DNA of 39,940 nt, taken from the NCBI GenBank assembly GCA_001804785.1, contig MHBG01000010.1, forward strand, positions 1 to 39,940, written 5' to 3'. A program made the position numbers and the translations under genes. This DNA is from Lentisphaerae bacterium GWF2_45_14 (GTDB lineage: Bacteria > Verrucomicrobiota > Lentisphaeria > Victivallales > GWF2-45-14). The notes under the pieces were generated by a model. That model was not told the DNA's origin. It worked only from the letters and a program-made list of their open reading frames with translations, and ran no database searches. Of the stretch, positions 17,538-27,228 are shown in pieces. Positions within the stretch are counted from its first letter, which is position 1; each line of letters opens with the position of its first letter.

Positions 17538-18734
17538 TTAAACTCTTCTTTCAGTTCTTTTTCCAAGTAAAAACAGCCATACGGCGGCGGCAAAAGCAAA
17601 AACTATTCCGGCGGCAAACGTGACTTGCGCGCCCCACATGTACCATAAGCATCCGGCAATACCGCTGGAGAAAAATACGGCGATGCCCGTTACGAGGTTA
17701 AACATTCCGAATGCTGTGCCTTTGAGCTCCTTAGGAGTAATATCAACGATAATGGCCGCAAGCACTCCCTGGGTAAGTCCCATATGCAATCCCCAGAGCG
17801 CTACGCCTATTATGACAAGTAGCAAGGACATTCCCGAAAATGCGAGAAAAAAGTGGCTGATGATAAGAACCACAAGTCCTGCAAGCAGCATATATTTGCG
17901 GTCGATCCTGTCAGAGAGCTTCCCTGCCGGATACGAAGACAACGTATAAACGAGGTTCATCACAATAAAAACAAGAGGCAGAAGCCACGCCAGCAGACCG
18001 GTCTCATTCGCTTTCAATACCAGAAACGCCACGCTGAACCTTGCGAGAGACGCTACAGCCGCAATCCCGGTGATGGCCCAGTATAATTTGCCGAGACGGG
18101 CCAGATCCGTCCGGTTGATAGGGAATTTAGCTGTTCTCGTGCTTTGTTTATCCGACGGCTCCTTGACCGAAAAAATCATCAGATACAAGGCAATAAACGC
18201 CGGAATGACAGCAATCCAGAATACCAGCCTGTAATTATCAGAGGATATCCACATCAGGAGAATCGCCAGCAGTGGTCCCAAGAAAGCTCCCAGAGTGTCT
18301 AGCGACTGACGCAGTCCATAGCACTCTCCGCGGAGTGCAGGCGGCGCGATTTCGGCGACGAGCGCATCCCTCGGCGCGCCTCTGATTCCCTTGCCGATAC
18401 GGTCTATGAAGCGCGCCGTGGCGACGGCAGTCAGTGACCCGGCCAGCGGAAACAAGGGTTTGGTAAGGGCCGCCATTCCATAACCTATGACAGCCAGTAT
18501 TTTTCGTTTGCCCAGCCAGTCGCTTAACGCGCCTGAGAAAACTTTGGAAATAGACGCGGCGGCCTCTGCTATGCCCTCGACTATCCCCACGCTGAAGGTA
18601 GAAATGCCTAAGACACTGACCATAAAAACGGGAAGAAGGCTGTGTATTATTTCGGAAGAAATGTCCATGAACATACTTACGAAACCCAGCGACCATATAC
18701 TGCGGGGGATTTTATTCCCTTTATCTGATTTCAC
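17538..18734 (-). CDS. MFS transporter
   Basis: 398 aa, 12 predicted TM helices. The motif GKLSDRIDRKYMLLAG resembles the MFS loop 2-3 signature. Confidence 0.8.
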   Translation of the reverse strand: MKSDKGNKIPRSIWSLGFVSMFMDISSEIIHSLLPVFMVSVLGISTFSVGIVEGIAEAAASISKVFSGALSDWLGKRKILAVIGYGMAALTKPLFPLAGSLTAVATARFIDRIGKGIRGAPRDALVAEIAPPALRGECYGLRQSLDTLGAFLGPLLAILLMWISSDNYRLVFWIAVIPAFIALYLMIFSVKEPSDKQSTRTAKFPINRTDLARLGKLYWAITGIAAVASLARFSVAFLVLKANETGLLAWLLPLVFIVMNLVYTLSSYPAGKLSDRIDRKYMLLAGLVVLIISHFFLAFSGMSLLLVIIGVALWGLHMGLTQGVLAAIIVDITPKELKGTAFGMFNLVTGIAVFFSSGIAGCLWYMWGAQVTFAAGIVFAFAAAVWLFLLGKRTERRV

Positions 18735-18878
18735 CTGATACGTCCTGTTTTTTGATTATCGTTGAACGATATAATGCGGGAGTTCCGATTTCAACTCCTT
18801 TTTTAACATTGGAAGGTTGCTTGTGAACAATTTTGTGTTATTTAGTAAGGGAGTCAAAATTCAGGGGGAAACGGAAGT

Positions 18879-19478
18879 ATGGAGCATTTTACGGAATTCT
18901 TCACTCAGGCGGGAGAAATTCTCAAATCGGCACAGGTCAGATATGTTTACTGGTTTTTGGCACTCTTTGGAACCGCGATTTTTCTCGTGCAGCTTGTAAT
19001 GGTATTTTTTGGAATGCAGGGGGACACCGATACGGATGCCGATGGCGACATCTCGTTCGGGGAGCATGCGGACACGGGGATTTACGATCTTCGTTTTTTC
19101 TCGCTGAGAACAATCATAGCGTTCATAACATTTTTCGGATGGGGCGGCGTAATGTGGGGCGACGCGGGATGGGGCGGCTTTTTCGGTGCGTCAGCATGCG
19201 GGATTTTAATGATGTTCGTTACCGCTTTTATGATATTTGGACTTATCCATCTCCAGAAGTCGGGAAATATCTATCACAGTGATTATATAGGGTGCACCGG
19301 TTCGGTTTACCTTAAAATACCGGCGGGCAGGGTAGGATCCGGCATCGTTACCGCAAGCGTCAAGGGGACGCAGCGCGAAATTAAAGCTGTTGCAGATGAA
19401 GAGCTTCCGACAGGGACAGCTGTAACTATCGAGTCCGAGCTGGACGGCACCAGGTTTCTTGTAAAGAAACTGAATTAA
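18879..19478 (+). CDS. NfeD-like membrane protein (OB-fold C-terminus), partner of the downstream flotillin
   Basis: N-terminal TM helices followed by a C-terminal beta-rich domain (GSGIVTASVKGTQREIKAVADEELPTGTAVTIESELDGTRFLVKKL) typical of NfeD/YuaF short forms. Located immediately upstream of the SPFH gene. Confidence 0.65.
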   Translation: MEHFTEFFTQAGEILKSAQVRYVYWFLALFGTAIFLVQLVMVFFGMQGDTDTDADGDISFGEHADTGIYDLRFFSLRTIIAFITFFGWGGVMWGDAGWGGFFGASACGILMMFVTAFMIFGLIHLQKSGNIYHSDYIGCTGSVYLKIPAGRVGSGIVTASVKGTQREIKAVADEELPTGTAVTIESELDGTRFLVKKLN

Positions 19479-19512
19479 GTAGCAAAAATATGAATATAAA
19501 AGGAGTAGTCGA

Positions 19513-20985
19513 ATGAGTAATGTAATCGGAGTGACCTCATTGTTTCCGGGGCTTATAGCCCTCGTTGTTCTTGGAGCATTCGTAGTATTCGCCACGCTCG
19601 TGGCATTTGCGAGCCGCTATAAAAAATGTCCGTCCGACAGAATCATGGTTATCTACGGTAAGACCCGCGGAACCACTGCCGCGCAGTGTATTCACGGGGG
19701 TGCGAAATTCGTATGGCCTATCTGGCAGGACTATGGATATATCTCACTCAGGCCGATGCAGATAGAAGTTAATCTTGACAATGCGCTCTGCAAGCAGAAC
19801 ATCAGAATCAGCGTTCCCTCCGTCTTCACTGTCGGTGTAAGTATCGACCCGGGCATAATGAACAATGCCGCTGAAAGATTGTTCGGACTTCTTCCGACCT
19901 CGATTGCGGAGCTTGCCAAAGACATCATATTCGGTCAGCTGCGCCTCGTCATCGCGTCAATGACGATCGAAGAAATAAACGCCGACCGTGAAACCTTTCT
20001 CAAAAATGTAGAGCAGAACGTTACCGATGAGCTTAACAAAGTAGGACTCCTTCTCCTCAATGTGAATATTACCGACATTACCGATGAGAGCGGCTACATC
20101 AGCGCCATCGGGAAACGCGCCGCCTCCGAAGCCATCAACCAGGCCAGAGTCGAAGTCGCCGAAGAAGAAAGAAAGGGCGGAACAGGCGAAGCCGAGGCAA
20201 AAAGGACACAGCGTATCGCCGTGGCAAAGGCTGAGGCCGAAGCGCAGGCCGGTGAGGCAAATGCCGAAAGAGACCGCCGTATCGCCCTCAAGCAGGCCGA
20301 TGCTACCGCGACCGAAGGCGAAAATATTTCCGCCATCGAAATAGCCAAGTCCAATGCTCTCAGGTCGGAACAGGAAGCCGAGGCGTTCAGAAAAGCCGAG
20401 ACGGCCCGCAAAATAGCCGAAGCCCAGATACTCAAGAGTCAGTACGATGCTGAAAAAATAGCACAGACCGCCAGAACCGGAATGGAAACCGAAAAACAGA
20501 GAGCCGAGCAGATAGTTCCTTCGGAAATACATAAACAGCAGGTAGAAATAGCTGCCGAAGCCGAGGCTGAAAAACGTCGTCGCGAAGCCAGAGGCGAAGC
20601 CGACGCCATATTCGCCAGACTCGATGCGGAAGCCCGCGGTAACTTCGAAATATTGAAGGCCAAAGGCGAGGGCTTCAGCAAAATCATAGAGTCCTGCAAT
20701 GGTGACACCGACGCCGCCGCAAAAATGCTTCTCATAGAAAAACTCGAAGCGATTGTCTCCATGCAGACCGAAGCGATAAAGAATATCAAAATCGACAAGG
20801 TCACTGTATGGGAAGGCGGAGCAGGCAAGGACGGCAAAACATCTACCGCGAACTTTCTCAGCGGAATGATGCAGAGCCTTCCGCCTCTTCATGATGTCGC
20901 CAGCATGGCGGGAATAAACCTTCCCGGCTACCTTGGTAACGTCAAAAACGCCGAAGCAGCAGTGGAAAACGCACCCAAGGCGTGA
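19513..20985 (+). CDS. Flotillin-like SPFH/band-7 protein (FloT/YuaG-like)
   Basis: N-terminal TM segment, an SPFH domain, then a long Ala/Glu-rich coiled-coil (EAEAKRTQRIAVAKAEAEAQAGEANAERDRRIAL...). About 490 aa, the same size class as FloT. Confidence 0.85.
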   Translation: MSNVIGVTSLFPGLIALVVLGAFVVFATLVAFASRYKKCPSDRIMVIYGKTRGTTAAQCIHGGAKFVWPIWQDYGYISLRPMQIEVNLDNALCKQNIRISVPSVFTVGVSIDPGIMNNAAERLFGLLPTSIAELAKDIIFGQLRLVIASMTIEEINADRETFLKNVEQNVTDELNKVGLLLLNVNITDITDESGYISAIGKRAASEAINQARVEVAEEERKGGTGEAEAKRTQRIAVAKAEAEAQAGEANAERDRRIALKQADATATEGENISAIEIAKSNALRSEQEAEAFRKAETARKIAEAQILKSQYDAEKIAQTARTGMETEKQRAEQIVPSEIHKQQVEIAAEAEAEKRRREARGEADAIFARLDAEARGNFEILKAKGEGFSKIIESCNGDTDAAAKMLLIEKLEAIVSMQTEAIKNIKIDKVTVWEGGAGKDGKTSTANFLSGMMQSLPPLHDVASMAGINLPGYLGNVKNAEAAVENAPKA

Positions 20986-21006
20986 GAAGTTATCTCTGTA
21001 TTTTTC

Positions 21007-21045
21007 AGCGCTGTCGAGCTTTTGCTTTACAGCGCTTTCTTTTCG
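21007..21045 (+). terminator. Rho-independent terminator after the flotillin gene
   Basis: AGCGCTGT (21007-21014), a 14-nt loop, ACAGCGCT (21029-21036), then TTCTTTTCG. Confidence 0.6.
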
Positions 21046-21086
21046 TTACCAAGTCTGCGTAAAAATAGCAGAGACAAGATAACTGT

Positions 21087-22358
21087 ATGAAAATAGTTTT
21101 GCAGTCGTGGGGGTCCAACGGCGACATAAGGCCGGTGATGGCGCTTGCCGGAGGACTGAAGGCGGCTGGGAATAAGGTTGTTTTGCTCGCGACCTGCGTT
21201 GACAGCACCGACTTCAGCACTCTGGCCTCCGCTTCAGGCGTGGAGTATCTGAAAGTTCCCGAATCCGTAGAGCTGGACATTCCCGACTTTCTTAAAAAAA
21301 CTTCGAGTCAGGGAAATCTGCCTAGCGACAATATCAGGTTCGTCCGGCTTCTGATGGAGACGCTTTTTTTTCCTTATCAGGAAATAATGTTCGAAGAGGC
21401 TCTCAGGCAATGTTCCGATGCGGATCTGGCTATAGGGCATGTTCTTTGTTATCCGCTCCGTGCCGCCGCCGAGATACGGAAAATTCCCTATCTCAGCATC
21501 TGTTTCTGGCCGGGGCTTGTCCCGAGTTCTCAATACATTCAACCGGGGATGCCGGATTTTGGGCGCTTTATAAACCTGGCGGGGTGGAAAATTATTTATG
21601 CGGTTCTTAATATTTTGTTAAAAAGGAAGATTCGAAAGTTCTGGACATCAAAAGGACTCGCGCCTTTCCGGAATGTGCATGAAGACGTTTTCCTTTCAAA
21701 AGAACTAAACCTTGTCGCGGCAAGTCCGGTATTGTTTCAGCCGCCGCCCGACTGGGGGAAACGTCACAGGATGAGCGGCTTCCTGAATATTTCAGATGCG
21801 GCGGAGAATCTTACAACGCCCCGTGACCTTTCCGATTTTATCAGTTCCGGCGAAAGTCCTGTCTTTCTGGGACTGGGTTCAATGCAAATGATTCAACCGG
21901 AATATTGCACGGAGCTCTTAATCAGCGCTGCCCGCAAATCGGGACTCCGTGCGATAATCAACACCAATTCGGGCAAATTTCCGCCCGGCCTGTACGGGAA
22001 AAATATTTTTCTCGCCGGACAAGTCCCGCACCACAGGATATTCCCGCGCTGCCGGGCAGTACTTCACCATGGCGGGGCAGGGACAACTCACACGGCGTCA
22101 ATGGCGGGCTGTCCGTCGGTAACTATCCCGTTCATCGACGAACAGCTCAGTTGGGGACGGATTCTTCACAGCCTTGGCATAGGCACGAAGCCTCTTCCCT
22201 TCGTCCGCGCGACACCTGATAAAATCGCGAGACTTTTGCATATAGCCACGGAATCCGACGAAATGCTCAAACGCGCAGCCGTAATCGGCAGCGACATGCG
22301 CAATCACGACGGCGTAGCCGAAACCGTAAAAATAATAACGAACTTCTTACGGAAATAG
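21087..22358 (+). CDS. Family 1 glycosyltransferase (UDP-glycosyltransferase, MGT/UGT-like)
   Basis: MKIVLQSWGSNGDIRPVMALAGGLKAAGNKVVLLAT N-terminus and a C-terminal UDPGT-like motif HHGGAGTTHTASMAGCPSVTIPFIDEQLSWG. 423 aa. Confidence 0.8.
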   Translation: MKIVLQSWGSNGDIRPVMALAGGLKAAGNKVVLLATCVDSTDFSTLASASGVEYLKVPESVELDIPDFLKKTSSQGNLPSDNIRFVRLLMETLFFPYQEIMFEEALRQCSDADLAIGHVLCYPLRAAAEIRKIPYLSICFWPGLVPSSQYIQPGMPDFGRFINLAGWKIIYAVLNILLKRKIRKFWTSKGLAPFRNVHEDVFLSKELNLVAASPVLFQPPPDWGKRHRMSGFLNISDAAENLTTPRDLSDFISSGESPVFLGLGSMQMIQPEYCTELLISAARKSGLRAIINTNSGKFPPGLYGKNIFLAGQVPHHRIFPRCRAVLHHGGAGTTHTASMAGCPSVTIPFIDEQLSWGRILHSLGIGTKPLPFVRATPDKIARLLHIATESDEMLKRAAVIGSDMRNHDGVAETVKIITNFLRK

Positions 22359-22457
22359 CTTCACCCTCTGGGAGTCAGCGCTTCCGCCGCTGAACCACGG
22401 GCAGGCCGGGGGCCTGCACATAGCTGTGTTGCTTTCGCTACGCTGGCTCCACTTTTT

Positions 22458-22781
22458 ATTAAAGGCGTAAAGGATGAAAGCTTTCGCATCGAATTTCTTA
22501 AATACTTAGAGGACAACGTAGGGCAAAAATTGAGCATTGGAGAAATGGCGAAGAAAATGAAGATGAGCGAAAGTTCTTTCACGCACCTTTCAAAAAAAAA
22601 TCTTGGAGCATCTCCGGCAAAAGTCTTACTGTCCTGCAGAATGGAAAGGGCGGCAGAACTGTTGAAGGGAACGAAAATGTCCGTAAAGGAAGTCAGCGAC
22701 TCTCTGGCATTCGAAGACCAGTTTCATTTTTCAAAGGCTTTCAGGAAGCACTTCGGGACACCGCCGTCGGTGTTCAGGTAA
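22458..22781 (+). pseudogene. Remnant of an AraC/XylS-family regulator: only the C-terminal HTH domain of about 105 aa, with no N-terminal sensor domain and no proper start
   Basis: This frame reads ...FRIEFLKYLEDNVGQKLSIGEMAKKMKMSESSFTHLSKKNLGASPAKVLLSCRMERAAELLKGTKMSVKEVSDSLAFEDQFHFSKAFRKHFGTPPSVFR*, a typical AraC double HTH. The same frame is open back to the GT stop codon at 22356-22358 without any ATG. Confidence 0.6.
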
Positions 22782-22873
22782 TTTTGCAGTTATTGACATA
22801 GCTTTGCAGTTCCAGCCATTCAAAAATCAATCATGACACCTTATAATTTTAAACATCAAACAGGAAATGAACG

Positions 22874-23597
22874 ATGTTTAAAACGCCGTTAATAATAAAA
22901 CGCTGTGAACGAAATCCGATAATGACCGCAAGTCAAGTTCCTTATGACGCGGTACTCATCTTCAACGCAGCAGTCGCAAAATATCAGGGCAAATACGTCA
23001 TGCTCTTCAGGAACGACCATGATTTCAAACGAGAAGAGTTTGAGGCAATGAAAAACGGTGCTTTTTTCTGAAAAAACAGACGGCAAATATGTCAGGCTGG
23101 AGCGTCCGTTCCCGGTCTACGGAAGGGTAGAGAAGGAAGCTTTTGATATATGGATTTCGAAATCGCCCGACCTGCGTTACTGGGGAGACCACGAACTTCT
23201 GCTCGGCGCGGAAAATGTACCTTACGCGAATTGCAAAATAGGACCGGCAGCACCTCCTGTCAAAACGAAAAGAGGCTGGCTTACGACGACTCACGCGGTC
23301 TGGAAGCATGAAGACAGGGAACCCAAAAGCTGGCACGGCAACTGGCACAAGGAATACTTTGGCGGTCTCATGCTTCTTGATCTCGAAGATCCGACAAAGA
23401 TAATCGGGATGAGCAAGGAAGCGTTGCTTGTTTCCGAAGAAGATTACGAAATAGACGGTTTCCGCGGAAGCGTGATATTCCCGGGAGGAATGATACTTGA
23501 GGACTCGGGGGAGGTTAAAATCTATTACGGCGCGGCTGACACCGTGGAATGCCTCGTAACGGCGCACGTGGACGACCTGCTCAAGCTCTGTGTATAA
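22874..23597 (+). pseudogene. GH130 (DUF377)-like glycoside hydrolase/phosphorylase, interrupted by a +1 frameshift in a T6 run (23062-23067)
   Basis: Two adjacent ORFs (22874..23071 and 23058..23597) in neighbouring frames. The N-terminus has RNPIMTASQVPYDAVLIFNAAV; the C-terminus has GWLTTTHAV...LLDLEDPTKIIG...VIFPGGMILEDSGEVKIYYGAADTVECLVTAHVDDLL, a typical GH130 end. Removing one T from CTTTTTTC restores a continuous reading frame. Confidence 0.65.
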
Positions 23598-23735
23598 ATA
23601 TTGAACTGCGAAGAGTATTTTTTAGTTATAGCGATTTGATTATTTGCGGAAAAAGATTTAGTGTACGTGCTCCCGGTTCCGGAAAAATCTTTTCAACATT
23701 AAATATAAAAAAAATACTCCAAGGAGGTCAAAGAA

Positions 23736-25394
23736 ATGAGTTCCACAATTTCACCGCTGCAGAAGGCCAGAGCGTCATACAAGCCCAAACTTCCGCCCGC
23801 CCTCAAAAACGGCGCGGCAGTCATCATCAAAGAAGGCGAAAAGACAACTGCTATGGCGGACGCAGGCAGGATTGAGCAGCTTTTTCCTAAATCCTACGGC
23901 AGCCCGGTTATAACATTTGAAAAAGGCAGCGGGGCAAAGCTCCAGAAGCCGGTCAACGTCGGCGTTATTCTCTCAGGCGGCCAGGCGCCGGGCGGTCATA
24001 ACGTCATTGCCGGGATATTTGACGGCATAAAGAGTCTCCATCCCGAAAGCCGCCTCTTCGGCTTCATCGGCGGACCGAGCGGACTCGTGGACAATAAGTA
24101 CAAAGAGCTTACCTCCGATATTATCGACCAGTACCGGAATACCGGCGGCTTCGACATAATCGGATCCGGCAGGACAAAGCTCGAAACGAACGAGCAGTTC
24201 GAAAAAGGCAAGGAGAACTGCCTGAAGCTCGAAATCAGCGCACTCGTCGTTATTGGCGGCGACGACTCCAACACCAACGCATGCCTTCTCGCCGAGTACT
24301 ATCAGCAGAAAAATGTCCCGATACAGGTCATTGGCTGTCCTAAGACGATCGACGGCGACCTCAAGAACGAATGGATAGAGACCTCGTTCGGTTTCGACAC
24401 CGCGTGCCGAGTCTACAGCGAACTCATCGGCAACATCATGCGCGACGCGAACTCCGCCAGAAAATACTGGCACTTCATAAAACTCATGGGCCGTTCCGCA
24501 TCGCACATTGGCCTTGAGTGCGCGCTCCAGACTCATCCAAACATCGCACTCATATCCGAAGAAGTCGCAGCCAAGAAGCAGACCCTTGACGATATCGTAA
24601 GTCTTATGGCCGAAATCGTAGCAAAAAGAGCCGGATCCGGTCTCAATTTCGGGGTAGCGCTCATTCCTGAAGGGCTTATCGAGTTCATTCCCGAGTTCAA
24701 GGCACTTATTTCCGAACTCAACGACCTTCTCGCGCACGAAGCAGATACCTTCGCGAAACTCAGTTCAATCAGTGAAAAGCTCGTATTCGTAAACCACAAG
24801 CTCAGTAAGGACTCTTCGTACGTGTTTAGTTCGCTGCCGCAGGACATCCAGCTCCAGCTCTGCCTCGACAGAGACCCGCACGGGAATGTGCAGGTATCCC
24901 AGATAGCGACAGAAAAACTGCTTGCCGAAATGGTCGGACAGAGGCTTATGGAATGGAAGACCGAAGGCAAGTACAAGGGCAAATTTGCCACACAGCTGCA
25001 CTTTTTCGGCTACGAAGGCCGTTGCGCGGCGCCGTCAAACTTCGATGCCGACTATTGCTACAGCCTGGGATTCAGCGCGGCCGCCCTCATCGGCGTGGGC
25101 AAATCAGGTTACATGGCATCTGTACGTCATCTTACAAAACCCGCTGCCGAATGGGCTGCGGGCGGGATTCCCATAACAATGATGATGAACATGGAAAGAC
25201 GTCATGGTGAAGACAAGCCCGTTATCCAGAAAGCACTTGTGAAGCATGAGGGAGGCCCTTTCCTTAACTTCATCAAAAACAGGATTATGTGGTCGGTTGA
25301 GACCGATTACGTCTATCCGGGCCCGATACAGTATTTCGGCCCCACAGAAGTATGCGACCTCGTAACAAAGACTCTCGAACTTGAGCAGGCCTGA
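23736..25394 (+). CDS. pfp: Pyrophosphate--fructose-6-phosphate 1-phosphotransferase (long-form PPi-PFK)
   Basis: 552 aa. [26 protein letters not shown] and PKTIDGDL motifs, with the N- and C-terminal extensions typical of the long PPi-dependent clade. Strong AAGGAGG RBS. Confidence 0.9.
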   Translation: MSSTISPLQKARASYKPKLPPALKNGAAVIIKEGEKTTAMADAGRIEQLFPKSYGSPVITFEKGSGAKLQKPVNVGVILSGGQAPGGHNVIAGIFDGIKSLHPESRLFGFIGGPSGLVDNKYKELTSDIIDQYRNTGGFDIIGSGRTKLETNEQFEKGKENCLKLEISALVVIGGDDSNTNACLLAEYYQQKNVPIQVIGCPKTIDGDLKNEWIETSFGFDTACRVYSELIGNIMRDANSARKYWHFIKLMGRSASHIGLECALQTHPNIALISEEVAAKKQTLDDIVSLMAEIVAKRAGSGLNFGVALIPEGLIEFIPEFKALISELNDLLAHEADTFAKLSSISEKLVFVNHKLSKDSSYVFSSLPQDIQLQLCLDRDPHGNVQVSQIATEKLLAEMVGQRLMEWKTEGKYKGKFATQLHFFGYEGRCAAPSNFDADYCYSLGFSAAALIGVGKSGYMASVRHLTKPAAEWAAGGIPITMMMNMERRHGEDKPVIQKALVKHEGGPFLNFIKNRIMWSVETDYVYPGPIQYFGPTEVCDLVTKTLELEQA

Positions 25395-25421
25395 AAATAA
25401 CAGGAACGGAGTAATCAGAAG

Positions 25422-25730
25422 ATGAGCGGCAACACGAAAATAGATGTTTCATACGTCGCGGAACTCGCCAGACTTGAACTGGCCCCGGAAGAAAAAGTGA
25501 AACTGCAGGAGGATATGGAAGAAATCCTCGGTTATATCGAGCTTTTAGAAAAACTCGACGTAAAGGACATTGTGCCGACCGCTCACGCGGCCCCGCTCCG
25601 CAATATATGGCGCGAAGACAAGGCGGGAACTCCGCCGGGAAAAGATATAATGCTCGAGAATGCACCAGGATTGATAGATGATGAACTTATCAAAGTCCCG
25701 CAGGTATTGCCGGGGGAGGGGATGTCATGA
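25422..25730 (+). CDS. gatC: Asp-tRNA(Asn)/Glu-tRNA(Gln) amidotransferase subunit C
   Basis: 102 aa. VAELARLELAPEEKVKLQEDMEEILGYIELLEKLDV GatC pattern; its stop overlaps the gatA start. Confidence 0.85.
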   Translation: MSGNTKIDVSYVAELARLELAPEEKVKLQEDMEEILGYIELLEKLDVKDIVPTAHAAPLRNIWREDKAGTPPGKDIMLENAPGLIDDELIKVPQVLPGEGMS

Positions 25731-27214
25731 TTACGCCGGACGCTCTGAAAAAACTTGATCTTGCCTCGGCTTCGGAACTGCTCGAGAAAAGGGAAATATC
25801 CTCGGTCGGGCTTTGCGAGGCATACCTCGCCAGAACTAATGAAGTCGATGGAAATGTAAAGGCATTTCTGAACATAGACCGCGAAAATATCCTGAGCCAG
25901 GCGGCGGAATCCGACAAGCGGCGTTTAGAAGGCAAAGAGCTCAGTCCTTACGACGGAATTCCAATAGCGATAAAGGACTGTATCTCCGTCAGCGGGCAGC
26001 CCTGCACGTGTGCTTCTAAAATACTCGAAAATTTCAAGTCCCCCTACGATTCGACGGTTGTTAAGAGGTTGAAAGAAAAGGGGCTGGTTATTTTTGGACG
26101 CACAAACATGGACGAGTTCGCGATGGGCTCATCCTGTGAAAATAGCGCTTACATGAAAACAGCGAACCCGTGGGATCTGTCACGCGTACCAGGCGGTTCA
26201 AGCGGCGGCTCGGCGGCAAGCGTCGCGGCGTCCGAAGTTCCGGTTTCTTTAGGCTCGGATACTGGTGGTTCCATAAGGCAGCCCGCCGCGTTCTGCGGGG
26301 TTACGGGGCTCAAGCCGACCTACGGAAGAGTGTCGCGTTATGGGCTTGTGGCGTTCGCGTCATCGCTCGACCAGATAGGGCCGATAGGCCATTCAGTTCT
26401 CGACACCGCCGCGATTCTCGATATTATAGGCGGTCACGACCCGCTTGATTCGACTTCGCTGCCGGAAGAGTCGGGAACATTTGCGGACGCGGTCAGAAAG
26501 TCGTCCGGCGGAAATTTGAAAGGCGTAAAGATAGGCATTCCCAAAGAATATTTTAATATTGACGCAATAGAGCCCGGGGTAAAGGCCGTGATGGAGGAGT
26601 CCGTTAATATCCTTCAAGCTCTCGGCGCTGAAACCATTGAAATATCACTTCCCCATACCGAATACGCGATAGCCGTCTATTACATAATCGCGACAGCGGA
26701 AGCCAGTGCGAATCTTGCCCGCTTCGACGGAATACGCTACGGCGTCCGCCCGTCAGACGCAAGCGACCTTAATAGTCTTTACTTCAAGATGCGCGGTCAC
26801 GGCTTCGGGAAGGAAGTCAAGCGCAGAATCATCCTCGGGACATACGTACTGAGCAGCGGCTACTATGACGCCTACTATCTGAGAGGCCAGAAGGTAAGGA
26901 CGCTTATAAGAAACGACTTTATGAACGCGTTCCAGAAATGCGACATTATCTTTGCTCCGGCGACGCCGTCGGCGGCATTCAAGTTCGGCGAAAAGTCAGA
27001 CCCGCTCCAGATGTATTTGGCTGACATTTTCACGATTGCTGTAAATCTTGCCGGGACATGCGCGATAAGTCTGCCCGCGGGGATTGACAAAGCAACTTCG
27101 ATGCCCGTCGGAATGCAATTTATTGCCCCGCCTCTAGGGGAGCACAAGATGCTTTCGGTTTCAAAAATATTCGAGGAAAACAGAGGCATAAAGGCGTTTA
27201 TCCCCTCCCTCTGA
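25727..27214 (+). CDS. gatA: Asp-tRNA(Asn)/Glu-tRNA(Gln) amidotransferase subunit A (amidase signature enzyme)
   Basis: Amidase signature GGSSGGSAASVAA...GSDTGGSIRQPAAFCG; 495 aa. Confidence 0.95.
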   Translation: MITPDALKKLDLASASELLEKREISSVGLCEAYLARTNEVDGNVKAFLNIDRENILSQAAESDKRRLEGKELSPYDGIPIAIKDCISVSGQPCTCASKILENFKSPYDSTVVKRLKEKGLVIFGRTNMDEFAMGSSCENSAYMKTANPWDLSRVPGGSSGGSAASVAASEVPVSLGSDTGGSIRQPAAFCGVTGLKPTYGRVSRYGLVAFASSLDQIGPIGHSVLDTAAILDIIGGHDPLDSTSLPEESGTFADAVRKSSGGNLKGVKIGIPKEYFNIDAIEPGVKAVMEESVNILQALGAETIEISLPHTEYAIAVYYIIATAEASANLARFDGIRYGVRPSDASDLNSLYFKMRGHGFGKEVKRRIILGTYVLSSGYYDAYYLRGQKVRTLIRNDFMNAFQKCDIIFAPATPSAAFKFGEKSDPLQMYLADIFTIAVNLAGTCAISLPAGIDKATSMPVGMQFIAPPLGEHKMLSVSKIFEENRGIKAFIPSL

Positions 27215-27228
27215 GAAAGGTTCGCCGG

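Noticed and set aside
19957-20892. 311-aa ORF on the minus strand
   Set aside because: It lies entirely antisense within the flotillin coiled-coil region. Its Gly/Phe/Leu-rich translation is the mirror of GCN/GAR-rich Ala/Glu codons, with no RBS or domain.
22361-22582. 73-aa minus-strand ORF
   Set aside because: It overlaps the AraC HTH remnant on the opposite strand. The plus-strand frame has clear family-specific sequence and this one does not.
23973-24737. 254-aa minus-strand ORF
   Set aside because: Antisense to the well-supported pfp gene, with no independent support.
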